A stretch of DNA of 64,000 bases from Lama glama. Lineage: Eukaryota. Position 1 is the first letter of the stretch. Each line of letters starts with the position of its first letter. The notes under the pieces were generated by a model. That model was not told the origin of the DNA and did no database searches. It was given only the letters and a program-made list of their open reading frames with translations. Location: positions 31,870,001 through 31,934,000 of the forward strand of contig CM052816.1 of assembly GCA_028534125.1 (NCBI GenBank), written 5' to 3'. Positions 53,062 through 64,000 of this stretch are shown one piece after another. The position numbers and the translations under genes are program-made.

Positions 53062-53379
53062 CTAAAAAAGAATGCATAAATTCTTGAAAGGTAGTTTGAC
53101 CTTTCAAAATCAATAGGCTCCATTAAATAACATCTTCATAAATATATAAACCAAAATATTTTATCTAATATTCAACGAATAGCTCTATCATGCCTGAAAA
53201 CCTAAACAAGGCCCACCCAATCAAAATGAGGTTAAAGAGCCAAAACCAAGGACTCTTTTTCAGAGCATTCAAAAATCCCTTAACAAAAAAGGATCCTGGA
53301 TTACCAACTTTGATTTATATGTGCTTTCAGAAAATATTTTAATACATTTTCAAAGTCTGAAAACAAAACAAAAATTGCT

Positions 53380-56300
53380 CCAGCTTACTGCCTGGATATA
53401 GTTTCCAGGCGACAATGCAGGGAAGGGAAACAAACAGAATCTAACGTTCTCAGTGAATTACAGAGATACAGCTTAGAGTTTAGAGGCCAAAGTGACTGGA
53501 ACTTGCCTGGCAGTTTACTAGACAGAAGGGAGTTGCAAGGAGAGTTTCCCAGGAATTGCAGAAGGGGTCCCCAAAAGTTCCTGGCTAAGTGCTGACCTGC
53601 ATATAAGTGAGAAAAAAGGACCTGAGGCCAGCAAAGATCGAGAGGAAAAGAGCTCCTGGAGCTCACGTATGGTTGGGAATATTTCATCTTATCTCCTGTC
53701 AGAATGGAAAGAACTTATAATACATAGGGCATTAGCCCAGAGAAGGATCACACCTTAGTACTGGAACTAAATTAATATCAGAATAAAAATTGTCCAGGAC
53801 CCGCACTAACACTGCTTAAAAGTAAATCTCAAAAGGATTACTACACTGATTGCAACTAACTTAACTGTGTATCAGAAAAATGTCTAACACTATTTAAAAG
53901 AATACAATAAAAATCTCGCAACCAAACAAAATTAAAAGGAATGCAAATAAACAGGAGAATATGGTCCACAACCAGGAAAAAAATTAATCAATAGGAATAG
54001 AGTGAGATCTGAGAGATTATGAAATTAAGGAGACAAGAATGTTAACACAGCTATTCTAAATATGTTCACCATGTTCAAAAAGGTAGAGGAAACATGAATG
54101 TGATGAGAAATGCAAGGCGTTTTTGTAAAGACCCAAAGGAAACTCTGAAGATGAAAATATTATATTTGAAGTGAAAACACACTAGAAAGAATGCACATCA
54201 GATTAGACACTACAAATAAAAACAGAGAACTTAAAGACATAGCAATAGAAACTATCTCAAATGAAACAAAGAGACAAAAACAACTGAAAAAAATGAAAAG
54301 CATATCAGTGACCTGTGGAACAATATCAAGAAGCTGCACATTTGTGTATCTAAAGTTCCAGAAAGGAGGAAGGAGAGGTGACAAATAAAAAATATGTGAA
54401 AAATGATGGTGTTAAATTTCTCAAAATTGATGAAAACCATAAATACACAGATTGAAGAAGAAATATAAAGAGAACCAGACCAAGTCATATCAAAATCAAA
54501 TAGCTGAAAACCAACGATAAAAAGAAAATCTTAAAAGCAGCTAGACAAATTATATGCAAAGAAACAAAGAATGATAGAGCACTTTCCATTAGAAACTATG
54601 TAAACCACAATACAACAGCATTATAGTAATGAAAGAAAAGCACTGTCAACTTAGAATTATATACACAGTAAAAACATCTTTCAAAAACAAAAGTGAAAAA
54701 GAATTTTCACACAAAAGCTAAAAGAATTCATTTCCTGAAGATCTGTACTTGAAAAAATGTTAAAAGAAGGTTTTCAGGCAAAAGTATATGATTCAAGACA
54801 GAAATTCGTGTCAACACAAAAGAATAAAAAGCACAGGAAATGGTAAATATTGAGTAAATATAAAAGACATTTTCTTGACATTTGGTAAAAAGATAGTTGA
54901 CTATGTAAGTAAAAAATAATACATTGTGGCATTTATAGCACATGGAGAAATAAAATATATGAAAGCAATAACACAAAGAACTAAAAGGTAAGATAAAAGC
55001 ATACTGTTACAAGGTTCTCAATCTATAACTGAAATGGCATAATACTGATTGAAGATACGTAAGTGTAAGATAAAAGTGACTTAACTAGTGGATTCTGTCA
55101 AACAGTTAAGGAATAAATAATAGCAAATCTACACATCTCTTTCAAAAAATTAAAGTGGAAGGAGTACTTCCCAACTAATCTTAAGATGTCAGAGTTATTC
55201 CAGTACCAAAACTATTCAAAGATAACACAAGAAGAGATAACTAGAGAAAAATATCCCTCATAAACAAAGATCCTTCATTTAACAAAATTTGTGACAGAAC
55301 AAAATCAAATCCAGCAATATTTTAAAAGGATAATTCATCATGACCAAATGAGGTATAAACATTAGAAAATAAATGAAAGCCACTATATTAACAGACCACA
55401 CATACACAAAAAAAGAACTGTATTATCATTTCAATAGGTGTAAAATAAAAAAAGCACTGAATATAATTCATTGCTTATTCCATAATAACCCTTCTTAGCA
55501 AACTAGATCCAAAAGAAAATATCCCACTAAATGGTGAAAGACTTAAAGCTTTCCCTCTAAGGTCAAGACAAGATGTGGGTTCTCAACACCTTTATTAAAC
55601 ATTTTATTGAAGATTTTAGCCAGAGAGATACAGAAAGAAAAGAACTGAACAGCATCCACAGTGGAAAGGAAAAAAGTAAAATTATTAAAAGTATGACTGC
55701 TCATGTAGAAAATCCTGAGAAATCTACATAAAAAGTTTATAGAATTGATAAGTGAACTAAGGTCATGGAATATAGGATAAATCTACAAAAATCAAATATA
55801 TTTCTAATAATGAACAACTGAAAAACAACAAGTGTTAAAAATACAAATGAATGCCAGTAATGAACAACTGAAAAAAAAACAGTGTTAAAAATATAAAATA
55901 CTTAGGAATAAATGTAACAAAAAATGCATAATACTTGAACTCTGAAATTTATAAAACACTGTTGAGAGAAATTAAAGAATATGTAAATAAATGCAGTTTA
56001 CTTATGGTTGGAAGACTAAAAATTGTTAATTGTAGATTTTCTTCAAGTTGATCTGTAGATTTAATGCAATTCCACTCAAAATACCAAAAAAATTTTCTGT
56101 AGAAATTGACAAGCTTTTTCATAAGTTTATATGAAAGCACAAAGGACCTATAATAGCCGAGACAATTTTGCAAAAGAACAAAGTTGGAGAAAAATCATTA
56201 GCTGAATTCAAGACTTGCTATAAAGCTACTATAATCAAATCATTGTAGTACTGGCAAAATGAGAAGTATACAGATCAATGAAACAGAATAGAGTCCAAGA

Positions 56301-57560
56301 AACAGACCACATATTTATGGTCACTGATTTTTGACAAAGGTGCCAAAGTAATTCAATGAAAAAAGGTCTTTTCAACAAACGGTGCTAGAACAACTGTACA
56401 GACAAATGCCAAAAAATGATCCATGACCGATCCATACTATAAATAAAGGTAACTTGAAATTAACTAATTCAAGGTATATGAAATATATCATATACCTGCA
56501 TGTAAGAGCTCCAACTATAAAATCTCTAGAAGAAAGCAGAGGAGAAAATCTTTGTAATCTTGGGTTAGGTAAAGATTTCTTAGGACATAAAAAATATGAA
56601 CTGTAATAGAAAAAACAGATAAAACCAAAATAGAAAAAAATAGATGAAATGGGCCTCCCTCAAAACTAAAACCATTTGTCCTTTAAAAGGTACCATTAAT
56701 AAAATGTAAACGCAAGCACAGACTATTAGAAAAAATTTGCAAAACACATACAATTAAGACTTGTATCCAGAATATACTAAAAAACTCTTACAACTAAATT
56801 AAAAAAAAAAGACAAATAACCAATAAACAACCAAACATTAGTCATTGGGAAATACAAATTAAAAGTATAATGGAATATCACTATATATCCATGAGAATGG
56901 CTAAAATTAAGAGACTATTAATGTCAAATATTGTTAAGAATATGGAACACATAGAATTCTCATGATTACTGAAGGGAATGGAAAGCGATACAGCCATTTT
57001 GGAAACCAGCTGGGTAGTTTCTTGTAAAGTTATACTTATCATACAACCCAACAAACCCACTCCTGGGTATATACCCAAGGATAGAAAACATATCTACGTA
57101 CAAAAACTTGTACCAGAATATGAATATTACAGTAGCTTTATTCATAATAGTCAAAAAGTGGAAACAACCCAAATGTCCATCAATGGTAAACAGATAAACA
57201 TACTGTGGTATACCCACACAATTGAATACTATTCAGTAATAAAAAGTAACAAACTAATAATACACTCAATAATACAAATGAATTCCAAAAGTGAAATAAA
57301 CCAGTCACAGAAATCTATATACAAATGATTCTATTCACAGGAAGTTCTAAAAAAGGCAAAACTCCAGGGACAAAGGGCAGTTCAGTGGGCTGCCAGAAAC
57401 CAGGGATGATGGGAATGTTGTGTACATGACTATAGTACAGTTAAATGATTGCATACATTTCTCAAAATTCACTGAACTGTACAGTTTAAACTGGTAAATT
57501 TTATTGTGCAAACTATACCTTAATAAAGGTATTTTATTTTATTTATTTTTTTAATAAAAG
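53380..57560 (+). mobile_element. Degenerate L1MC/MD-like LINE-1 within a YTHDC2 intron, antisense to the gene
   Basis: ORF1-like (54190-54700) and ORF2-like remnants (aaatccagcaatattttaaaaggataattcatcatgacca, ctgatttttgacaaaggtgccaaag, ORF 56978) with 3' end aactataccttaataaag. Confidence 0.88.
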
Positions 57561-58251
57561 TATTTTAAAATTAAAAACAAAGAACGACAAAAAAAAGCCC
57601 TAAAACCTAAGAATTCAAATCTGCAAAAACATTTCTTTTCCTCTTTTTTAAAAAGAGTATTTCAGCAGACATTTTCACCAGAACCACAGCATGTAACTAA
57701 TCAAATATTTACTCAGGTACTAAGAATGCAGGAAAATAAAAGTACACAAATTCTAAACACCTGAAATCATTCACATTATAAATTTCTTAAAAGATACATA
57801 GTTCTCAATTCCTTATCAACATTTCCTATCTTCCTAAACCCATCTGGTCTTGTATTTTTTAATATAATCACTGAACTGGATAAATCAACTAAAAACTGAA
57901 AGAAACTATTGTTTCGAATTCTGAAAGTATAAACCAAAATTAATTGAAGATAATCTTCCTGTCGTTTGTTTTTTAAAAAAAGTTCTAAAGATACAGAAAG
58001 GAAATCATGAACTGCCTAGCTACATGTCATCTGTGAATGATCTATTAGTTTTAAAACACCCCAAGATGATAATAACTGGAAATATTTGGCAAGCAGGAAA
58101 AACTAAAAAATTAACTCAAAGTGCCTCAAGTTTGCCAGCTTCAAATTATACCTAGAATAGAGGCCATGATTACTAACTGAAAAACAGTATTATTTTATAC
58201 TTTTCTTTAAATATGTAACATTAGATGTGCTACAAATCCTTGATACTCTAC

Positions 58252-58429
58252 CTTTCCTGAGGATGGGGGAGAAGGACTAGCACAAGGACTTGGGTAACTA
58301 TTGCTGTCTGTCGATTTCACAGAAGATTGATCTGACCGGTCATCAGTGCTTCGTTTAGGATGTAAAATTCCTCTATCTTTGTACTTCTGAGGTGGGTGTA
58401 GTGCTGGAGATGGAGATTTCATCAATACT
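58252..58429 (-). CDS. YTHDC2: YTHDC2 coding exon (Ser/Pro-rich linker)
   Basis: ctcactcaag|A GTA TTG ATG...TCA GGA AAG|gtagag, encoding VLMKSPSPALHPPQKYKDRGILHPKRSTDDRSDQSSVKSTDSNSYPSPCASPSPPSSGK. 178 bp; completes the split Arg codon AG|A. Confidence 0.95.
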
Positions 58430-58959
58430 CTTGAGTGAGAAGGAAGAAGCAAAGATCAGTTATATATAAGTTCATAATACAAAGCAGATTCCATTTCAAA
58501 CAAAAGTTCCAAAGACATTATGACTTATGGGAAAGTATTTTAAAAGGCAATTTCATTCTTCTATAACATTTAGAAGAAACAGTTGTACTTAGGATACACT
58601 TACAGAAATAGTAGGTAAAAATACATTTAAAACAATCTACAACATTCTTTAACAATATTAACAAATATCCAAGAATTATTTTCCTTACAAAATTTCTGAC
58701 TTCTTTTATGATGGTACAGAAGAAGTCTTTAATAATTACAAAATTTTATATTGATATTTAACATCTTAATATCATAAAATTATTTAAATACATCTATGCT
58801 AATGGCCCTTATGTGAATATCACCTACTCCACTTCCCTTCCACTTTCATATAAATCTTAAAGCCAAATAAATTAGATTTTAAAAGCACACTAAAAATAAC
58901 AGTATTTATGGTAAGGTGGAAATAATACTGGACTAGTCAAGAGACAAGATTTAAAGTTC

Positions 58960-59520
58960 ACAGCAACACCTATAAAATATTCTTGCCAAAACACTGGATC
59001 TAATCAAGTCCTGAGAGCTAACTACTAGTTTATATGAACTACACAGGGTATAGCAATAAAAAGAGACAAATCCAGAATGTGGTACATCTCACAATATCAC
59101 TGATCGAGTTTTTTCAAAGAAGTCAGCAGAAGAACCAACTGCTCTAGATCACAAGAGACTGAAGAAACAGGTCACCCTAATGCAATGCATGTGTCCTCTC
59201 TGGATGCTGTTTCAAATAAGTCTATAGTTTGAGAATTGGGAAAATTATTTTATTGGGATTGATGATTGGATTTTGATTATGTAGAAAAAATGCTTCTGTT
59301 TTTAAGAGATGTATATTTAAATATAGAAGGATAAAATGACATGATGTATGAGATTTATTCTGAAATATGTAAACAAAAAAAGGAAGCGAGAGAAAAATGA
59401 TTGGGGTAGATACAGCAAGTAGGTGAAAATCTTGGTAAACTACTGAATCTGGAATATGGAGTTCATTACGGCATATCATTATTTTGCTGTGTTTAACAAT
59501 ACTTATAATAAATAAACAAA
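58960..59520 (+). mobile_element. Old L1ME/MC 3' fragment (intronic)
   Basis: cctataaaatattcttgccaaaa...gacaaatccagaatgtgg...agagactgaagaaaca...aatgcaatgcatgtg. Confidence 0.55.
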
Positions 59521-61528
59521 ACAAAAAAGGGTAAGTTATCAATAGTTCATAAACTTCTGTAGAGTCTTGAAATTATAATTACTCTACCTTTAAAACAAAT
59601 TAAAATAGCTTAACCCCACAATTTGCTTCTCTTTCAATAAATATCTTAGATCCAATATTTCTTAAAAAATGAAATAATATAGCTAAAGCTTAAAAATATT
59701 AACAAAAAATAATTAATGCATATGTGAATCATTAATAACAACTTGATAAATGTAAAAAAACAATTTTTCAGGGTTTTTTTCTCTCTCATGAATTGAAGTT
59801 CAATGAATTATCACATTACATCTCTAAAATCCCATCATTCATACCCTGATACCTAATTCACCTGAAAATTAGGTAAGAGAACTTAATTAAGGGTAACATT
59901 TTGTTAAAATAAAAATGTTCTCAATAGAACTAAATATCTATCTAGGAAAATGGTGGATCCTGGTATCACAGGCCAAAAAATGAATTTATACATTAATTAG
60001 TTTTTAGAGCATAACTAATATTATACTGTATAATTCTGATTATATTAAATGAGTATATATTACTTTTATAAAGAAAAGGAAAGTTTTTTCCTAAAAATGT
60101 AGGTGTGTAGTGTGTGTGTGTATAAACATGTAGTGTGTATAAATGCATACAGTCTTTATGAATCCAACAGGTTTTTCATGATGAGTCTAGGAATAACACT
60201 ACCACGTAACAATTTCTATGCAAATATATTCACACACTATAAACAATCACTGTTAAACTTTTAAAACAATCTTTTAGAAAAGTGAGGAGTGTCTAGGAAG
60301 AAAATATGTTTTCTAAGATTTTCCTTTCACTATAGGCAGTGTCTACGTCAGAGGAAAAGGTTCAGGCATACATATTATGAAAAGGTTTTCTTAGCAACTG
60401 GCTGAATTATTCCTAAAATGTAATATCTGAAGAACTGGGAAACTACCATGTATTACTGATAACATGCCTTTATGCTTCATTCAAATATGCAAAACTTGAT
60501 CAAAAGAAGGTAGATACTAATTACTCCATCTGATTCCTGAAAAACAATAAGCACCACATATCTTTTATGCTTCCGTTGTTTCTATTTTCAGTTTGTTAAC
60601 AATTCTTATCGCAGACTATTTACCATATTGCCAAAACTAGCATCCCAAGCAAGAATGCTGTTATCAATTCTAATGGGGTAAAAAAATTTTTTTAACTGAT
60701 ATAAAGAAATTTAAATTTGATTCTAACAAATGTTTTACAATCATAATATTTCTGAATCATGACCAATGATTCACATAACCACTATTATATTACCAAGTAC
60801 ATTTTTGGATCAATAAGAGCTCTCTTATTATTAATAATAATCATATAATAAACAAAAATCATACCTAATTGCCCTAATTGCTAGAAAGGTTAAAAGAATT
60901 TAGCTAAACTGTAACAAATTTTGCCAAGACAGTAATTTATTTACTTTTTAAATCTATGTCTCTCCTCGATAAAGTGTAAACTCTCTGAAGGAAGACGTTT
61001 TGTCTGTTTTATACATTGCTATATCCCTCACACCGAGAACAATAGGCATTCAATGTGTCCCTGAATGAAAAGAATGAATAAAGTATTTTCTTGTAGAAAT
61101 ACTAGTTAGCGTTATTAAGTTAAGTAAGACCTGTGGGGAAGCTGTTCTTCTAAACGGCCATAGCCAACACTTCGTGCTGTAAGGTATCTAGGAAAGGTAT
61201 CAACTAAAATATGTTAATAAAAAAAAGTTGCTATCTTTTTAACAGACCCTAAACTTGCGAATTCTAGAAATTAAACATTTTGAATTTTTCCTGACAAGAA
61301 AATCTTCTTCAATAACTCAAGACCCTAGCAGCTTGAAATCCTTCATATTATTTTAATACCTGTAAGAATTATGTCTTAAAAGTAAGAAACTCTTTCCATT
61401 TTATTGCAGCCTTTTTGTTTATAGACAAGAAAGTAATCTTTAAATGTTATAAAAGCACATGACTCTATGGCAAATAACTAATTTTCCTTGAGAAAATATC
61501 TCGTTTTGATAAAATGTTACAAATTTAC

Positions 61529-61821
61529 CTTTCTGCTATAGTAGACTCATCAGAAAATTCAGTATCTGCTGAACTTTTCCTACTGTTATTTGACCTCCAA
61601 GATGATGCCAAAGGAAGTTCTTCTGAAGACATAGGCCTTGGCCTTTGGCCAATTCCAGATGGTTGTTGTAAACCTGCAGACTGTTCTTCAGTGCTTAAAA
61701 CAGCTATAATTGCTCTTATGGTAGCTTCATCAACTTGAGACCAAGGTTTGGATGGAGCTCTCATTCGACGTAAAAATAAGCTGTGCCACTTCTGTCTGAG
61801 CTGCAGCAACAAACTGGCTGC
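61529..61821 (-). CDS. YTHDC2: YTHDC2 coding exon
   Basis: ttattatag|GCA GCC AGT TTG...GCA GAA AG|gtaaat, encoding AASLLLQLRQKWHSLFLRRMRAPSKPWSQVDEATIRAIIAVLSTEEQSAGLQQPSGIGQRPRPMSSEELPLASSWRSNNSRKSSADTEFSDESTIAE(R). Overlaps ORF 61525..61812. 293 bp; phases fit both neighbours. Confidence 0.96.
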
Positions 61822-62139
61822 CTATAATAAAAGTTTCTTCAGTTCAAATAGATACAAGTAAACTATCTATCACATTTGCAAGACAACGATATGTTTATTA
61901 GTTAAGGCCTGGACTGTTTCCAAAGAACACATTTCACATAATTTACTACCAATTTCATTCTTTTTGATGTATAAAAGAAATAACATTTCTTATTTACTCT
62001 TTTAAAGCATTAGAAGCACAAAATCAAATGAAACAGTCTAATGAAAGAAAGAAAACAACGTTTGGTAGAAGGTGATTAATACTGGAAAAGTAACAGCAGG
62101 GTAAATGAAGAAAAATACATTTAGTTCCATTCATACTTT

Positions 62140-62800
62140 ATTTTAGTGCCTGGAGAACATCCAAATGATGATATCCAGAAGGCAACTGGATTCATAGGTC
62201 CAGAGAAAAGCCTAAGCTAGAGATATAGATAAGAAACACCTGGAAGTTATCAATGCATAAATGGTTACTAAATCTACACACAGGTCCCTAGAGACTGTGC
62301 AGAGACAGAAGAACAGACTAAAGCACAGACTACTGGATAACATATAACATTTAGGGTACAAGCACATACAGAAGGTCAGTAAGAGAACCCAGGAAGAAAT
62401 GACCTCTCTAGAAACAAGAAAAATCATGAAAGATTAATGTCACAGAAATTAGTGACAAACAAGTTGGGATGGAATGAAGAGGAAAAATGAGAAAGAACAG
62501 AATTACAAAAAGAAAGGTATGGACAATAGGACAATAGTACCAACTACTAGAGAAAGGTTAAATTTATCAAGGACAGCAGGCTGGCATTGATAACATGGAG
62601 GAGACAATGCTGACCTTGGCAAGCATAGTTCCAGTGAAGTGAAAGATTGATGGGAATGGAAATGAGACTGCAGTAGGTTAAAGTGATAAATGAATGGATG
62701 GTAAAAAGTAAACCTAGCTAGTACCAACTTTCAACAGTTGATATTCTCCAAAAAAGGATATAGAATGATTTTTAAAAGTAAAGATGGAATTAAGGGAAGG
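62140..62800 (-). mobile_element. L2 fragment (intronic)
   Basis: acatccaaatgatgatatccagaaggcaactggat...gctagagatatagat...tgaccttggcaagcatagttccagtgaagtg. Confidence 0.6.
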
Positions 62801-63212
62801 CTTTGCCAAGAAAATTTTTAACTTGAAAAGAAACATTCATCTTTCCTACCTCAGAAATGTGGGAAAAGAGAAAACAGAATGAATTCATATTTTTCTCCTA
62901 TAAACAGAATTATATAGAATAAAAGGAATTCTCATGTACCCAATACTCAGTATTTTCTCATATATACAAAAATATTCAAATATTGCCATGCTTAATACTG
63001 AGCCACACCTAGGTTCTTAGGTTGTTCAAATCGTCTATTGGAATAAACCCCAATGTGGTAGAGAATGTATGAGGGCCCTGTGAAAACTGAAAAACAAGCT
63101 GTATTCTCTCATACTAAGGGCTCAACATTAAAGATATAATCTTCATCCCATTGTATACCTATTCATATAACTGAATGAAACAAATCTATCACACTACTAA
63201 AAAGCAACTTAC

Positions 63213-63322
63213 CTCTGGCTCTAGTTTGAAAGTGAGCCACTCATCAAGTTTTAAAGCTGACAAATTAGCAGTAGTTCTATCTTCCATTTCACTATCACTA
63301 CCATCATTAGGAATACCATCTG
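63213..63322 (-). CDS. YTHDC2: YTHDC2 internal coding exon (first in window; gene continues beyond the right edge)
   Basis: Minus strand reads ttgaacag|CA GAT GGT ATT CCT...CTA GAG CCA GAG|gtaagt, encoding (A)DGIPNDGSDSEMEDRTTANLSALKLDEWLTFKLEPE, which matches recalled YTHDC2 sequence. 110 bp; ends in phase 0. Confidence 0.93.
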
Positions 63323-63499
63323 CTGTTCAAACACATATTGAAAGAAAAAAGTCACTTTTACCATCTTATATCATAGCAAAAAAAGTAAGTAAATATACTT
63401 TATATTTACATAAATCCTCTTGATATACTAACAATTCGTGTGGACAGTTCTCCAAATACAACAGATCACATATTAAATCTCAATATATGGGCATTCTTT

Positions 63500-63652
63500 T
63501 TTTTAAATTGATGCATAGTTGATTTACAATGTTGCATTCATTTCTGGTATACAGCAAAGTGACTCAAGTATATATTTTTTTACAGATTATTACAAGATAT
63601 TGAATATAATAGTTTCCTTCGCTATACACTAGGACTCTGTTGTTTATCTATT
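63500..63652 (-). mobile_element. Short L1 3' tail (intronic)
   Basis: ttttttaaattgatgcatagttgatttacaatgttg..tttctggtatacagcaaagtgactca...attattacaagatattgaatata...ttgtttatctatt. Confidence 0.75.
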
Positions 63653-63699
63653 TGCCATGCTTTATTTCTTTCTCAAATTCTAACTATTAAAATTTCTCA

Positions 63700-64000
63700 A
63701 ATTTTGTCAAGAACTCTCTTCTCTATCTATACATTCTCTTCAGAAAATTCATTCTCATGTCTTTAATATTATTTACAAGCTGATGACTTCCAAATTTGTA
63801 CTGCTAGTCCAAACTTCCCTGAGCTTCAGATATGTAAATCCACTGACTTCAAAAAAAAAAAAAAATCTTACTTAGGATGCCTTAGCCATCTCAGATTTAA
63901 CATGTCTAGAACAGGACTCTTGACTTCTTCCCTACACAACATACTCTTCCTAGTTTTCTGAATCTCAAATAAATGGCATCACTCAGCAACCTACCACAGC
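63700..64000 (+). mobile_element. L2 fragment (intronic)
   Basis: gctgatgacttccaaattt...cctgagcttcaga...ggatgccttagccatctcagatttaacatgtctagaacagga. Confidence 0.65.

Noticed and set aside
61514..63423. Plus-strand ORFs 61514..61738 and 63175..63423 (also 52752..52946) as antisense genes
   Set aside because: They are shadows of the YTHDC2 exons on the opposite strand.
1..64000. A novel prokaryotic-style system (CRISPR array, operon, retron, defence island)
   Set aside because: The sequence is mammalian, with spliceosomal introns and LINE/SINE/LTR repeats. There are no regularly spaced repeat-spacer arrays and no dense ORF clusters.

Overview
AT-rich, CpG-depleted mammalian genomic DNA, most likely camelid (alpaca/llama/camel), judged from a Vic-1-type tRNA-derived SINE at 21409-21527. 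The right ~15 kb holds the 3' end of YTHDC2 (RNA helicase with an m6A-reader YTH domain) on the minus strand. Six coding exons (63213-63322, 61529-61821, 58252-58429, 52858-53061, 51924-52106, 50614-50694) splice in frame to ...DGIPND...YTH domain...LPLGEKTTTD*, followed by a ~1.8-1.9 kb 3'UTR ending near 48715-48720. The left ~48 kb is intergenic and dominated by decayed transposons: L1, HAL1, L2, MIR, MaLR/ERVL/ERV1 LTRs and hAT-Charlie elements. Repeat subfamily names come from recalled consensus sequences, and most repeat boundaries are approximate. I found no evidence of a new gene system. The most notable structures are a multi-layer transposon stack at ~14.3-22.4 kb, a rearrangement scar with two locally templated inverted insertions (20.7-21.1 kb), a candidate 3'UTR intron 7 nt after the YTHDC2 stop codon, and a NAGNAG acceptor.
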